A DNA stretch of 64,000 nt from NCBI RefSeq assembly GCF_018350175.1, contig NC_058368.1:122080001-122144000 (forward strand). The letters run 5' to 3'. Of this stretch, positions 53,056-64,000 are shown piece after piece. The stretch comes from Felis catus (Eukaryota). The position numbers were made by a program, and so were the translations under genes. Every line of letters begins with the position of its first letter. Position 1 is the first letter of the stretch. Under the pieces are notes generated by a model. It made no database searches and was not told where the DNA came from. It saw only the letters and a program-made list of their open reading frames with translations.

Positions 53056-53859
53056 AAAAGTATAAAGTTTTCCAAAACGTTCTGTTCACAAAATGAGTTT
53101 TATTGTATTCCTTCAAAGAGAAATTTTCACCTACGAAAGACTTGAATAAGATTGTCATGCTAAAATCAAACCAAGCAACATTAATACAAGGACTCTCACA
53201 ACTATATTTAAAGTAATAAAACTGAATATGATAAAAATACATAGACACATGCACATATACATATACATATATTAAATACAGTAGTACAGTTGAACTCAAT
53301 CTGCATTTTCCCTTAAAACTAGTAAGTTGAATTAATAGAGGAAAAAGAGAACCAGATTCTAAAAGTGCTGAGATGACACCATTTAACCATATAAAATAGA
53401 TAGCAAGAAATGTGTAATTCAGCCACTGTAATAGGGGCTCTTACAGGCCTGTGGCTTCAATTCCAGCCAAATCGCAGATTTCACTGCCAAAAAAAAAAAA
53501 AAAAGGATTCCCATAGCTGGGTACCTGGACTCTGTCATGACCACTAAAGGTGGAGAAATTTAAAGATACAGTGATAGGAATCTGGCTGAGGGCGATTCAT
53601 TCTTTTACGTTGGATTAGAGAATGGAATTCTGGGGTCACGTGATCAGTGGATTAATTTCTGAAGATTTTACTCAATTAGATATGCCATTACCTCTAACAC
53701 ACATGTAAACAGTTTTGTGTGTGCAGCTGAGAGCTTCTTCCTTCCTAACATGCTCTCCTCACTAATTCCCGGCACCGCTCTCCACCCTCCTGCTACCCAC
53801 TGTCTGATGTCTACACGTACACATACCCTAGACTCCCAAGTTCTTGGATTCCTCTATCC

Positions 53860-54850
53860 ACAATCCAGTCCCAGGGGACCTCATCCAGTCTCATGGGGTC
53901 ATCCAAGACCCCACACTTGGATTTTGAAAACCAGTCTCCTCTGACCTCTAGACTCGTATCACTCACAGCTGATCTGGTGTTTCACTGACCATACACTCCC
54001 AGTCCATGGGCTCCCCCTTCCTATTACTTGGTTCCTCTCTCATTCCCCACATCCTTCCCTCAGCAAAGCTTCAAAACACATCCAGAACCCAGCCACTTCT
54101 CACCACATCCACTGCTGCTTCTGAGGGCCAACCACCATCTCTTATCACCATGATTGTTTCAAGACTGGAAGGAGCCAGCTGAGTGAGCCTGTGATTCCTC
54201 CTTCACCCCCTACAGAATGGTTTCTATGCAGCAGGCAGAATGGTCCTTTTAAATGCAAATCACTTCATGTCACTTTTCTACTCAAAGCCCTTTATTGGCT
54301 TCCTACACATTCAGAGTAAAACTTTCTTAAAATGCTGTTAAGATTTGGCCCCAGCTATAGCTCTGTCCTTGTTCTTCCCACACACCCTCCCCCTCCTCCC
54401 GCCCCTGCTTCTTACCTGAAGCACTACCAACTCTCGCTTCAAGTCCCTTCCCTACGCCTTCCAGCCTCCCAGGTAGGCTCAGTGGCGTCCTTATTGTCCG
54501 CCCAACACACCAGGACCTCCACACCTGCTGTTGCCTCTGTCCCGAGTGCCTTCCCTCAGACAGCAGCAGAGCAAAGAGCTTCACCTCATTCCAGTGTTTG
54601 CTCCAGTATCAATTTTTCTGAGCTACCTTCTTGGACCATATAAAATAAAATAGCACTCCTTCTTCCCAGCACTCTGTATCCCCATAGTGCTGCCTGACTG
54701 TACATATGTATTTGGCTTTGGTTATCACGTCAATAGAGCCCAATTTCCAGGGCGACAGGAATGTTTTTGCTCCTTTTCTGTATCTGGCACCTAGGACAGT
54801 GCCTGGCACAGAGTGGCTACTCGAATGTACTTTTTGAAAGAATGAAAGAG
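53860..54850 (+). mobile_element. L2 3-prime region
   Basis: CAAAACACATCCAGAACCCAGCCACTTCTCACC; ends ACAGTGCCTGGCACAGAG...GAATGAA. Confidence 0.7.
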
Positions 54851-54923
54851 TCAACGTGTGTTTGCTTAGTAACGAAGGTCTATTGGGAGGGAATCTTAAT
54901 GAACAACAAATCTAGCATGCTTA

Positions 54924-55565
54924 TGTAGTAAAAAAAAATTTGGCCTTGCCCAAAGAGAGGCCTGGCTTTTGCCCTAGGCTTCTGGGAAGTAACGTATGTC
55001 AGACCTGATAGCTATATCTTTGTTTTTAGGGAGGGGGCTGCCACATTCAACAGTTTAATGGGGTGGGGGGGACACTGTCCACACCAGAAAGACCTTGTGA
55101 TTTAGAGTTGAGGATTTGGGTCATGAGCTATCAATTGACCTGGTGATTGAGTTCAACCATATGAGCAATCAATCAATCAATTAATCATATATAATAGAAC
55201 TCCAATAAAAATTCTGAACACCAAGCTTAGTTAAGCTTCCCTGGTTAGCAATACTCTACACATGTTGTCATACATCACTGGAGGGGGGTTAATGTGTCCT
55301 GAGGACAAACTCCAAGTTTAGAACCCTCCCTGACTCTACCCTGGGCATCTCTTCCTTTGGTTACTTTTAATCTGTATCCTTTCCCTGTAACAAACTGCAA
55401 CCAGAAATATAATAGCTTTCTGTGAGTTCTGTGAGTCCTAGCAAATTATTAAAACTAAAGGTAGTTTTGGAAACCCCCCCCACCCCCACCCCCAGTTTGC
55501 AGTAGATGCTGGAAGTGAGGACACTCTTGGGAACTCTGCCCTTAAACTTTTTAGTTTGACTAGCT
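54924..55565 (+). mobile_element. Solo LTR (MER21-like)
   Basis: Starts TGTAG; GGCTTCTGGGAAGTAAC; AATAAAA; AGCTTCCCTGGTTAGCAATACTC; TGTGAGTTCTGTGAGTCCTAGCAAATTAT. Confidence 0.7.
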
Positions 55566-56869
55566 CTAGGTAATGCTAAACACATACCCAGCAAGTCTCA
55601 CATTAAAAGGTGGCTTACAGATCTACAGATCTTACAGATGGCAGGTCTAGCCTACCATTTCGCTGAAGAGAAAACTAATGCTTCATGAAAAGAACTGACT
55701 TGCCTGAATCACCCAGTGACAGACTGAGAGCATGGACCCTGGTGTCCTGGCTCCCATGCTCACCATTCCACAATGACTTTCCTCAACCTTTGTTTTGGGG
55801 GACATGCCACTTTTTTCTGAGAGGCTAAAGTTATGGGAAATTAAGTTGCTGTCACTCCCCAGAACTTTGAGGTCAATAGCAAGGGGAGAAATTACTATTA
55901 CTCTCCTTCAAAAGTTATGGGGGCCAGCCCTGAACAAAAGAGAATACCAGAGCTCTATACTCTTCTTCAACCTCATCATCTCCGGTTTTCTGCCCGAGGT
56001 GGGCCAGGCAAGGATGCAGGTGGGGTTGCATCAATCCTCCTGACCCTCAGCTGCAGAAGTCCGGGAAGGAAGCCTTTACATTCACGTAGAATCAGCACAA
56101 ATCACCCTTTCCCTACACTACCATATTCTGTCATTTTCTCCTTCTTGAGAAGAACACTTCTACGTATAGGGCATTTTTGGAAACTACAGGACATATCACA
56201 TGATAAACTTAGCTCATCCTGTGGGAAAACCTTTTGAAAAGTTCAAAGTGTTACGTGGACAAGGTTAATACTCTAGGTGTTACCATACTAGTACGATAAG
56301 GCATAGAAGCCAAATTCAAGAGCCAGATGGACCTTGAATTTATAAGCAAGTCTGTATATGTTTTAAAGCTCGATAAATATTTATGGAATAAATATAGAGT
56401 GAAAATGATTATATTCAACATGCCTCAAATAGAGACCTCTGCAATATCCATCTGGCATGTGACAGGGCTGTAAGGGTGAACAAAGTATGATAATCAAAGC
56501 TTATGAATTTGTATCTGGAAAGTAGAATAGGCCCTGAGTAATGACTTGAACATTGTAGGGTCACAGATCCTTTTTGAGAATTTGATGAAGATTTGTACTC
56601 TCTCCCCAGAAAAAAAACAAAAACAAAACATAGTTTAGAGGACTTTCTGCTTCCAAATGCTGACTCATTTTATCTCTTTCATGCACAGGAAAAGGAAGGG
56701 GAAAAAAAACCTAGGACCAAAAAAATGTCCAAAATTAAATGCAAGTTTAGAATTATAGTGCCATCACCTCCCATGCATATTTTTATATGGAGAGTAATAA
56801 TAGCTCTCACATATATAGCCCTTAATAGTAATGCCAGATGTGAGACTCCTTTCTAAAATGGGTCAGCTC

Positions 56870-57130
56870 AGTTTAAGAGGCAAATAGTCAAAGACATGAC
56901 TTTTGAGAAACACACTGCTTCAGTTCAAATCTTGGCTATGATATTTCCCAGCAGTATAATCTTGGGCAACTTACTTAATCATTCTGTGCTTCAAATCTCA
57001 TTTGCAAAACACTGATAATAATAGTATCTACTTCATAAGGTTGTTGTAAACATTAAATGGCTTAATATATATACAATATTTAAAATAATCCAGAGCACCT
57101 AATACACACCCAATCAGTGTTAGCTGCTGG
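56870..57130 (+). mobile_element. MIR
   Basis: CTTGGGCAACTTACTTAATCATTCTGTGCTTCA ... ATAATAGTATCTACTTCATAAGGTTGTTGT. Confidence 0.75.
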
Positions 57131-57402
57131 TATGAGGCACTGCATACTGTCCTGAGTATATGCTCTGTTGTTGTCCGTGTAGCCAGATTTATTCACTTCT
57201 CCGGTTCTCATCCTTGAATTGTTTTGGCAGTTCTGCTTCATTTCCTCCCACCCCATACCTTTTTTAGGCAAACTCAAAGCCATGGTTTCATTACCAGGGA
57301 GTATCAAACTCTCCATGTCAGTGGGTGCATCATGGAGGCATATGGTCATTCAACATCAAACATTTACAACCTGCCCACTGTGTGCTTAGCACCAGCCTTC
57401 TT

Positions 57403-57675
57403 TATCTATCTCTCTATCTGTTTTTGAGAGAGAGAGAGAGAGAGAGCGCAAGAGAGAGAGAGCGCAAGAGAGAGAGAGAGGGAGAGAGAACATGATCAGG
57501 GGAGGGGCAGAGAGAGAGGAAGAGAGAGAGAATCCCAAGCAGGCTCCCCGCTCAGAGCTGAGCCTGATGCAGGGCTCCATTTGGGCCTCAATGCCACAAC
57601 CCTGGGATCATGACCTGAGCTGAAATCAAGAGTTGGTTGCTGGATGCCTAATCGACTGAGCCACCCAGGGGCCCC
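57403..57675 (-). mobile_element. Can-SINE with expanded (GA)n tract
   Basis: TSD TAGCACCAGCCTTCTT on both sides. Confidence 0.92.
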
Positions 57676-57904
57676 TAGCACCAGCCTTCTTAAGTGTTGG
57701 TAAGGAATTCACAACTTGATTGCAGAGATAAATGCTGAAATTGATGTGCAAATAAAAGACTAGTCAAATGTTGACCTGTAAGACTTGTAACTTGTTACAA
57801 CACTTGTAAGTGTTTACAGTGTAAGAATTTAGAGACATCCAGCTGAGTGAGAACAGCCCCCACAGGTAAAATAGACAGTTCAAATGCTTGAAGGAGATCT
57901 GAAG

Positions 57905-58062
57905 CAGGACTAGCTACATAATATGTGGGACCCAATCCAGAATAAAAACATGGAGTACTTTGTTCAAAAAGTATTAGGAATTTCAAGAGTACAGCAGAGC
58001 ACTAATTCAAGCATGGGGCCTTGTGCAATTATATGTGTCACATGCCCTTGGAGCTGACCCTG
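57905..58062 (-). mobile_element. MER45-like hAT DNA transposon
   Basis: Terminal inverted repeats CAGGACTAGCT ... AGCTGACCCTG; internal TGTTCAAAAAGTATTAGGAATTTCAAG. Confidence 0.6.
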
Positions 58063-58508
58063 CCCTGAAGGATGGTGGTGACTCCCAGAAAGATTCTCGC
58101 CTGCAACAGATTGGCACTTCCCGTGTGCCATGTGTGTTTCTGCTTCTGTGTTTTTTCTTGTATTTCTCCTCCTAACCAAAAAGTTTTTGCTTATTTTTCA
58201 ACTGATGCAAATCTTACATATCCTTCAACCTGTAGCTCAAGTCTTTGCTGAAAAGGAACATGACGGGATGCAAATGGCCCTGGGGTTGGAATGAGAAGGA
58301 CTGAGGCCGGATCTGCCTTTCACCAGCTGGTGAACTGTGGCCAAGTCTCTTCTATGACACTCACTTGGGGAAACTGATTTTAAAAGTCTCTCAGAGGATG
58401 ATGGGAAGATCAAAAGACATCCCAAATACAAAAGAGTTTTGGAATAAGAATTTCTCATGTTGAGAAAGAGCTTCATAATTTTTTTTGATAAAGGCTTCCC
58501 TAGCTTCT

Positions 58509-58533
58509 TTTTTTTTTTTTTTTTTTTTTTTTT
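58509..58533 (-). mobile_element. Solo poly(A) retroinsertion (A25 on minus strand)
   Basis: Pure T run between perfect 17-bp direct repeats AGGCTTCCCTAGCTTCT (58492-58508 and 58534-58550). Confidence 0.85.
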
Positions 58534-58582
58534 AGGCTTCCCTAGCTTCTACAAACAACCACGTGGGGCTTGTTCTAAGTGA

Positions 58583-58592
58583 ACACATGCAC

Positions 58593-58628
<36 letters not shown>
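58583..58628. repeat. (CA)n microsatellite
   Basis: Seen directly. Confidence 0.93.
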
Positions 58629-58631
<3 letters not shown>

Positions 58632-59966
58632 TGCGAACCCATGCATGTCCCGACCGCTGCTGCCTCCTATTTGACATGTATAAATTTTCAATCTTATTCT
58701 CTCATTTAACTTCTTAAGGTCATTAGACCTTCAGACTTTACCCCTTTCAATCCATCCTCCTCACTAAGTGAGCATGATCTTTGTAACTCGCAGATCAGGT
58801 TCTCTCATTGTTTTAAATCCTTGTATGGCTCCCCTTTGCCTAGAACAGAGTTTCCAAAACCTGATGGTGCCAACTGTCCGTGTCTTTTGAGGTGTTAATC
58901 GGTGTTCTGGGAAAAGAGGTATGGAATTTGAGAAAAAATAAAATCTTGATGTATCCCTCTATTGTAGGTTTACAATGTACATTGAAAATCTCTGAGAAGT
59001 CCTGTATTAAAAAAGTTAATTTAACTTTGTTTAAACCAGAATTTTCTACATTAATTGAACCATATTGACCTTCTATAAGAGACTTACATTCTGTAGAAAA
59101 ACTTTGGCCAGTGCTGGCCTGTAAGGTGACACGCCAACTCTTCAGCTTGGTTTATCAGGCTTCCATAATCCCTAAATTTGTAGCTCATTTATTGCCATCC
59201 CCTTTACAAGTCCTATGATCCAGCAACAGGGGACCACTTCCAGTTTCTTGAAGGACTTTGAGCCCTGTGCCTGCTGTGCTTTCTGCCAAAAATGTTGTCC
59301 ACCACTCATCCCTCCATTTATGCTCTGGCGATCTGTTACCCAATGGGGCCTAGCTCAATTGCCCTGTAACGTCTTCTCTGACATTCTTGGTAACCACATT
59401 GTCTCCTAATTTCAGTGGTTAGCTGCTTCTCTGGAACTTTGAACATAAAAATAACTGCTGATGTTTATTGAACATCTAGGCTAGGGATTTAGTTCTTAGT
59501 ATAGTGCAGGCAACTCTGTAAGATAATCAAAATGATGCTTTACAGATAAAGAAATACAATGATTAAGAAAGTCACTCATTTTTCTGTTTTCTATCTTTTG
59601 AGTGGTACCACTGTCTACCTAGTTGCCCAAACCAGAATCCCAAAAGACATTTTTAACAACTTTCCTTTCTCCCTACATCTAATCAGATGACAATTCCTAT
59701 AAATTACAGCTCCCTGGCAGCCATAAAATCTGTCCCCATCTCTCCATTCGTATTACCACTAGTTTATCATGGGCCATTATTATCTCTCAGCAATTCCTGC
59801 AGTAGCTTCCTAGTAAATTTTCTATGCTCCATATTGATATAATTACAATCACCCTAAAGTACAGATCTGATTATGCCAACTTCCCTGCTTACAGTCTTTC
59901 AGTGGCTCCCATCACTCTTATGGGGGAAAACCCAAGACTCTTAACACAGCTTAAAAGACCCTGTAA

Positions 59967-60138
59967 GGGAGCACCTGGGTGGCTCAGTCAGTTGAGCACC
60001 TGACTCTTTGTTTTCAGCTCTGGTCATGATCTCAAGGTCATGGGATCGAGACTTGCACTGGCTCTGTGCTGAGTATGGAGTCTACTTATGATTCTTCCTC
60101 TGACCCCTCCCCTGCTCTCTTTCTCTCTCTCAAATAAA
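59967..60138 (+). mobile_element. Can-SINE inserted in L2 sequence
   Basis: GGGAGCACCTGGGTGGCTCAG head; TSD AAAAGACCCT. Confidence 0.88.
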
Positions 60139-62525
60139 AAAAGACCCTTTCAGGACTGGTTACTGCCTACTTCTTTACCTTCATTTCATCCAGCCAGGAT
60201 CTCATAGTCTACAATAGGAGCTCCAATGAGCCTCTCAAGGTTTCCCTGCCCTTGCCAATCATTCCTTTGCCTCTGGACCTTTGTACACAGTTTTTCTTCT
60301 TGAAATTACCTTGTTTTTCATCCACATCCTGTACTCCATAAGCTTCCTAAATACAGATAGAGGTTCATGCTCTTCCTCTGTGACTGTATAGCACCTGGGC
60401 ATCATTGCCTTTTTTCCTGTGAGATCTTGGTTCTGGGACTATGGATTTACTGTTGTACCTATACCTAATGTAGGGCCTGCGACAGAATAATGACATCGAT
60501 TAATCATTTGTTGAATTCCTGAATGAATCAATGAACAAATAAATGGATGAATGAGAGCAAAACTAAAAGGGCAGCTTGGAGTATTAAAAGAGAAGGAATT
60601 TAGAGGTTTATTGCACTATCTGATTGCCTTTGTCTTCTATGTCAAAATTCATTGTCCTGTCCATTCCCCACAAGCACCTTTTCACTCCAGCTGCAGGGCC
60701 TTTGTATGTGCCTAGAATGTTCTTTTCTTTTCCACACACAGTTAATGCTTCCTTATCGTTCACATTTAATATTAGCCCTCCCTTCAGCAGAGAAGAGTTC
60801 TTGCCAATGCAGACCAAGTCAGGCACTCTACTGTGTTGTCCTCATGGCATTGTATATCTTTCCTTTACCCTCCTCACTGCATTGTATTTCTATATCTATG
60901 TCTATGACTGCTCATTCAGTAACTGCTTCCTTCAGGAGACAGTAAACTCTGTGAGAGAATCATGTCTTCTTTTTATTCACCATTAAATTTCCAATACTTA
61001 ATACAGTGCCTGACACACAAAATAAAAGTCTGTTACATGGGTTCATGAATTAAAAAAAAACACAGTGTCTCATCAGCAGTTTTTTGGTTCATTTCAGTAC
61101 TGCGTATAGAATAGGGCTTGAAAGGAAATCATTGTTTAGTAAATGAAAGACTAGAACTGATTTTCTTTCCCTCGCTTACAAGTAGTTGTTAACTAGTATG
61201 CTTGAAGTGAATAAATTCATTCTTACAAATTTAGCATATTTGCATATGTCCACACCACCTTGTAATATGTTTGTATGTTTATAGCTTCCCTTGAAACAAG
61301 TGTGAATGTTGTCAAAAGAATCTGATCTCTGCTGGATCCTGGACTGTACCTTGTTAGGCAAATAAGAACTGCAAGCTGATCTCCACCACAGGAAAGGACA
61401 ACAAATCTAACTCACAGATTCCGCAACGTGCACATAATTGGGAGACGTCAAAACCTGTCATGTCATAGATTACCCAGTGCTTCTCCAGTAAGTAATTACT
61501 AAAATGGCAAAACAAATAATCCTGAGGAGTCATTACTGTTTGCCAATTCATTGAGTATAAATAGTACTGACTAGGTGGTGACCTGGCTCAGTTTTCTAAT
61601 ACATTCAGGACTAAGCAAAATGAAATGAACCTAAACAAAGGCAGGGGCCTGAGAGACACAATCAAAGAAAGCTACATCTATGGCTTGTGGAGTTTCCCAA
61701 ACTTGGATATGTTTACAAAGGGCCTTCTCCTTATATTTTAAAGAAGATGGTAAGGAATTACTTTCTAAAGGTTGTTTACCTCATGATCACCTCAGCTGCC
61801 ATTTGATGAGTGCTTAGTAACTGTCAGGCATTGTGCTTATGTCTTTGTGTACACATTACTTCTCTCTCTCATGTCCACCCCACAAGGGAAGTTTCAATAG
61901 TACCATTTACTACTGAGGCAACTGAGACTTGGAGATGTTAAGTTTGAGCAAGTAGAATGGATCAGATCTGGGATTTGAACCCAGTTTTACTTGACTCTTA
62001 ACCAATGGCTCCATAAGGGGTCCATTTACATTTTCCCAAGGAAATCTCTGTTTAAGCTCTTTTATCCAGTAAGTACACACTTAATATTTTTCAAAAAATC
62101 AAAAATCTATATGTAATCCATATTTCTTGTTTTCTTGAAGAAAACATCTAAACCATTATCAGAATGAGTTTTCTCTCAAAAATGTTGTTCAGTTCGAAGT
62201 GTCCTGTGATGGTGGTAGCTTAGGAAACTATAAAGAAATCATTGGACTTCTAATTGTTGAAAAACATTTTAAAGTCCTTTCCTGTGTTTTTGATGATTTA
62301 CTTTTCTATTACTCAAAATGGTATATACCTATCCATTGAGTACTGAAATATTCCAAGATTTAAAGGCAAAAGGGGGATTTAGTAACGAAAAAAAAAAAAA
62401 ACAGAGAAATTCTGTGTGATTGGGGAAAAGTGGAGGTTCAAACTCCCAAAGAAAGCTTTTCTACTTTAAAACAAAATTGCAGAATGTAGAAGTAGACCAA
62501 ATGAGGGAGGCTGGCTTTGTCTTTT

Positions 62526-62735
62526 TTTAAGTTTATTTATTTATTTTCAGAGAGAGAGAGAGACTGAGAGTGCAAGCAGGGGAGAGGCAGAAAGAGAGGG
62601 AGAAAGAGAATCCCAAGCAGGCTCTCCACTCTGAGAACAAAGCCTGGCATGGGGCTCGAACTCACAAACCGTGAGATCATGGCCTGAGGTGAAACCAAGA
62701 GTCACATGCTTAACAGACTGAGCCACCCAGGTGCC
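62526..62735 (-). mobile_element. Can-SINE
   Basis: TSD CTGGCTTTGTCTTTT. Confidence 0.93.
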
Positions 62736-63704
62736 CTGGCTTTGTCTTTTAAGAAGATAATGGTTTTCATTGATTTAGGAAAAGTGGGAAAAGAAAAAAA
62801 GGATAACAGTGAACTGACAATGTATTTATCATCTCTTTTTCCAAAGATGTCTTTTAAATTACAGTAAAAGAACAAAGCGTATGTGACCTCACAACAATGA
62901 AGAGACTATATAGTATAGAGACTATTAGGAGGACTATGGATTTCATGTTCCTGGGAGAAGAAAAGTAGATAGAAGGATAATGACAATGAAGGGGAGATGT
63001 GACCAGACCAAACAGAGCACTCCTCTACCTTGCAGAAACCTGGAGAGATTCAGGACTCAGGAACACCAAAAATGACATGAAGATCAGGACCAAAAAAGGG
63101 AGGGAATGTTAAAGTAGAATCCATAGAAAAATCAGTTCATCTGCCCTCCATCCCCACTGCTTAACTCTTCTCCCTACTTCACCCTGGGAGGATAAAACAG
63201 AAGATTCTTCCCTTTGAAAAGAATTTAAATAATTTGGGGTAGTCTAAGATGGTGAGTTTGGGAGTTGGTTGTCCAAAGTGAAAGGGCCTTTATTCTGACA
63301 TTTAGAGATTCCCAAATGCAAGTTCATTCCCCTGCCTGCTCACTCTACTATGAAAGCAGCCAGTGATAAATCCTATTCGTGTTCATTCAGCTGTACTATT
63401 GATTCATTCTTACATATGGTTAGGCAATATAAGACCATCTAGATAATTGAGTAAAATATACAATGTAAAAAAAAATCAAGAAACACATGACAATAGATAC
63501 TGGTGGACACAGATATACTATTAGGAACATAAACACTAATTAGCACTTGCAGAGACACTAAAAAAGAGACATGAAGATCATGAACAAATTAACAAATCAA
63601 GAAGAAGATGCTATAAAAAAGGAACACATAGAGAATAAAACCCATGGAATGAAAAAAAAATATGGCTAATTTGTTTTTAAATCATTGGAAGGTTAGAAGT
63701 CAAA

Positions 63705-64000
63705 GAATAGAATAGAAAGCCCAGAAATAAACCCACGCATATATGGTCAACTAATTTATGACTAAAGTGCCAAGAATACACAAGGGGAAAATAGTCTTTT
63801 CAATAAATGGTGTTGGGAAAACTGAATAGCAACATGCAAAAGAATAAAACTGAATCCTTTTCTTACACCACACCCAAAAATCAACTCATAATGGATTAAA
63901 GACTTACACATAAGACCTGAAATTATAAAACTCTCAGGAGTAAACATAAGGGAAAGGTCTTTAACACTGATGTTGACAATGATTTTTTGGATACAACACT
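63705..64000 (+). mobile_element. L1 ORF2 fragment running off the window end
   Basis: AGAATAGAAAGCCCAGAAATAAACCCAC ... TTCAATAAATGGTGTTGGGAAAACTG ... ATGGATTAAAGACTTA. Confidence 0.9.

Noticed and set aside
53635..53643. Isolated GTCACGTGA E-box
   Set aside because: Single short motif without supporting context.
54405..54430. Minus-strand CAG|GTAAG as a recursive splice site
   Set aside because: No polypyrimidine tract upstream and it lies within L2 sequence.
1..64000. Bbeta2 mitochondrial-targeting exon and shared WD40-repeat exons of PPP2R2B
   Set aside because: Not found by eye; they are expected outside this window.

Overview
Mammalian (felid) genomic DNA, judged from many SINEC_Fc-type carnivore SINEs. 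The window lies inside the neuronal gene PPP2R2B (PP2A regulatory subunit B55-beta), which is on the minus strand. A CpG island at about 44.25-46.06 kb holds the Bbeta1 promoter, the orthologue of the human SCA12 CAG tract (here only CAG CAG CGG CAG CGG) and the 194-nt exon encoding [23 protein letters not shown]. About 21.3 kb downstream is an 85-nt alternative exon encoding MNYPDESTYGNK, which the ORF track misses. The rest is intron filled with SINEs, L1, L2, MIR, DNA transposons, an LTR and microsatellites. The most interesting structure is the Bbeta1 exon itself: two strong-Kozak upstream AUGs, one of them overlapping the main start out of frame, plus an internal GTAAG donor that would turn that uORF into a new in-frame N-terminus. 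Also notable are a candidate poison exon whose donor sits in a hairpin, a 78-bp templated insertion inside a microsatellite, and two ultra-short retroinsertions with perfect TSDs. Repeat boundaries are approximate and family names come from visual recognition. Comparisons to human come from memory and need to be verified.
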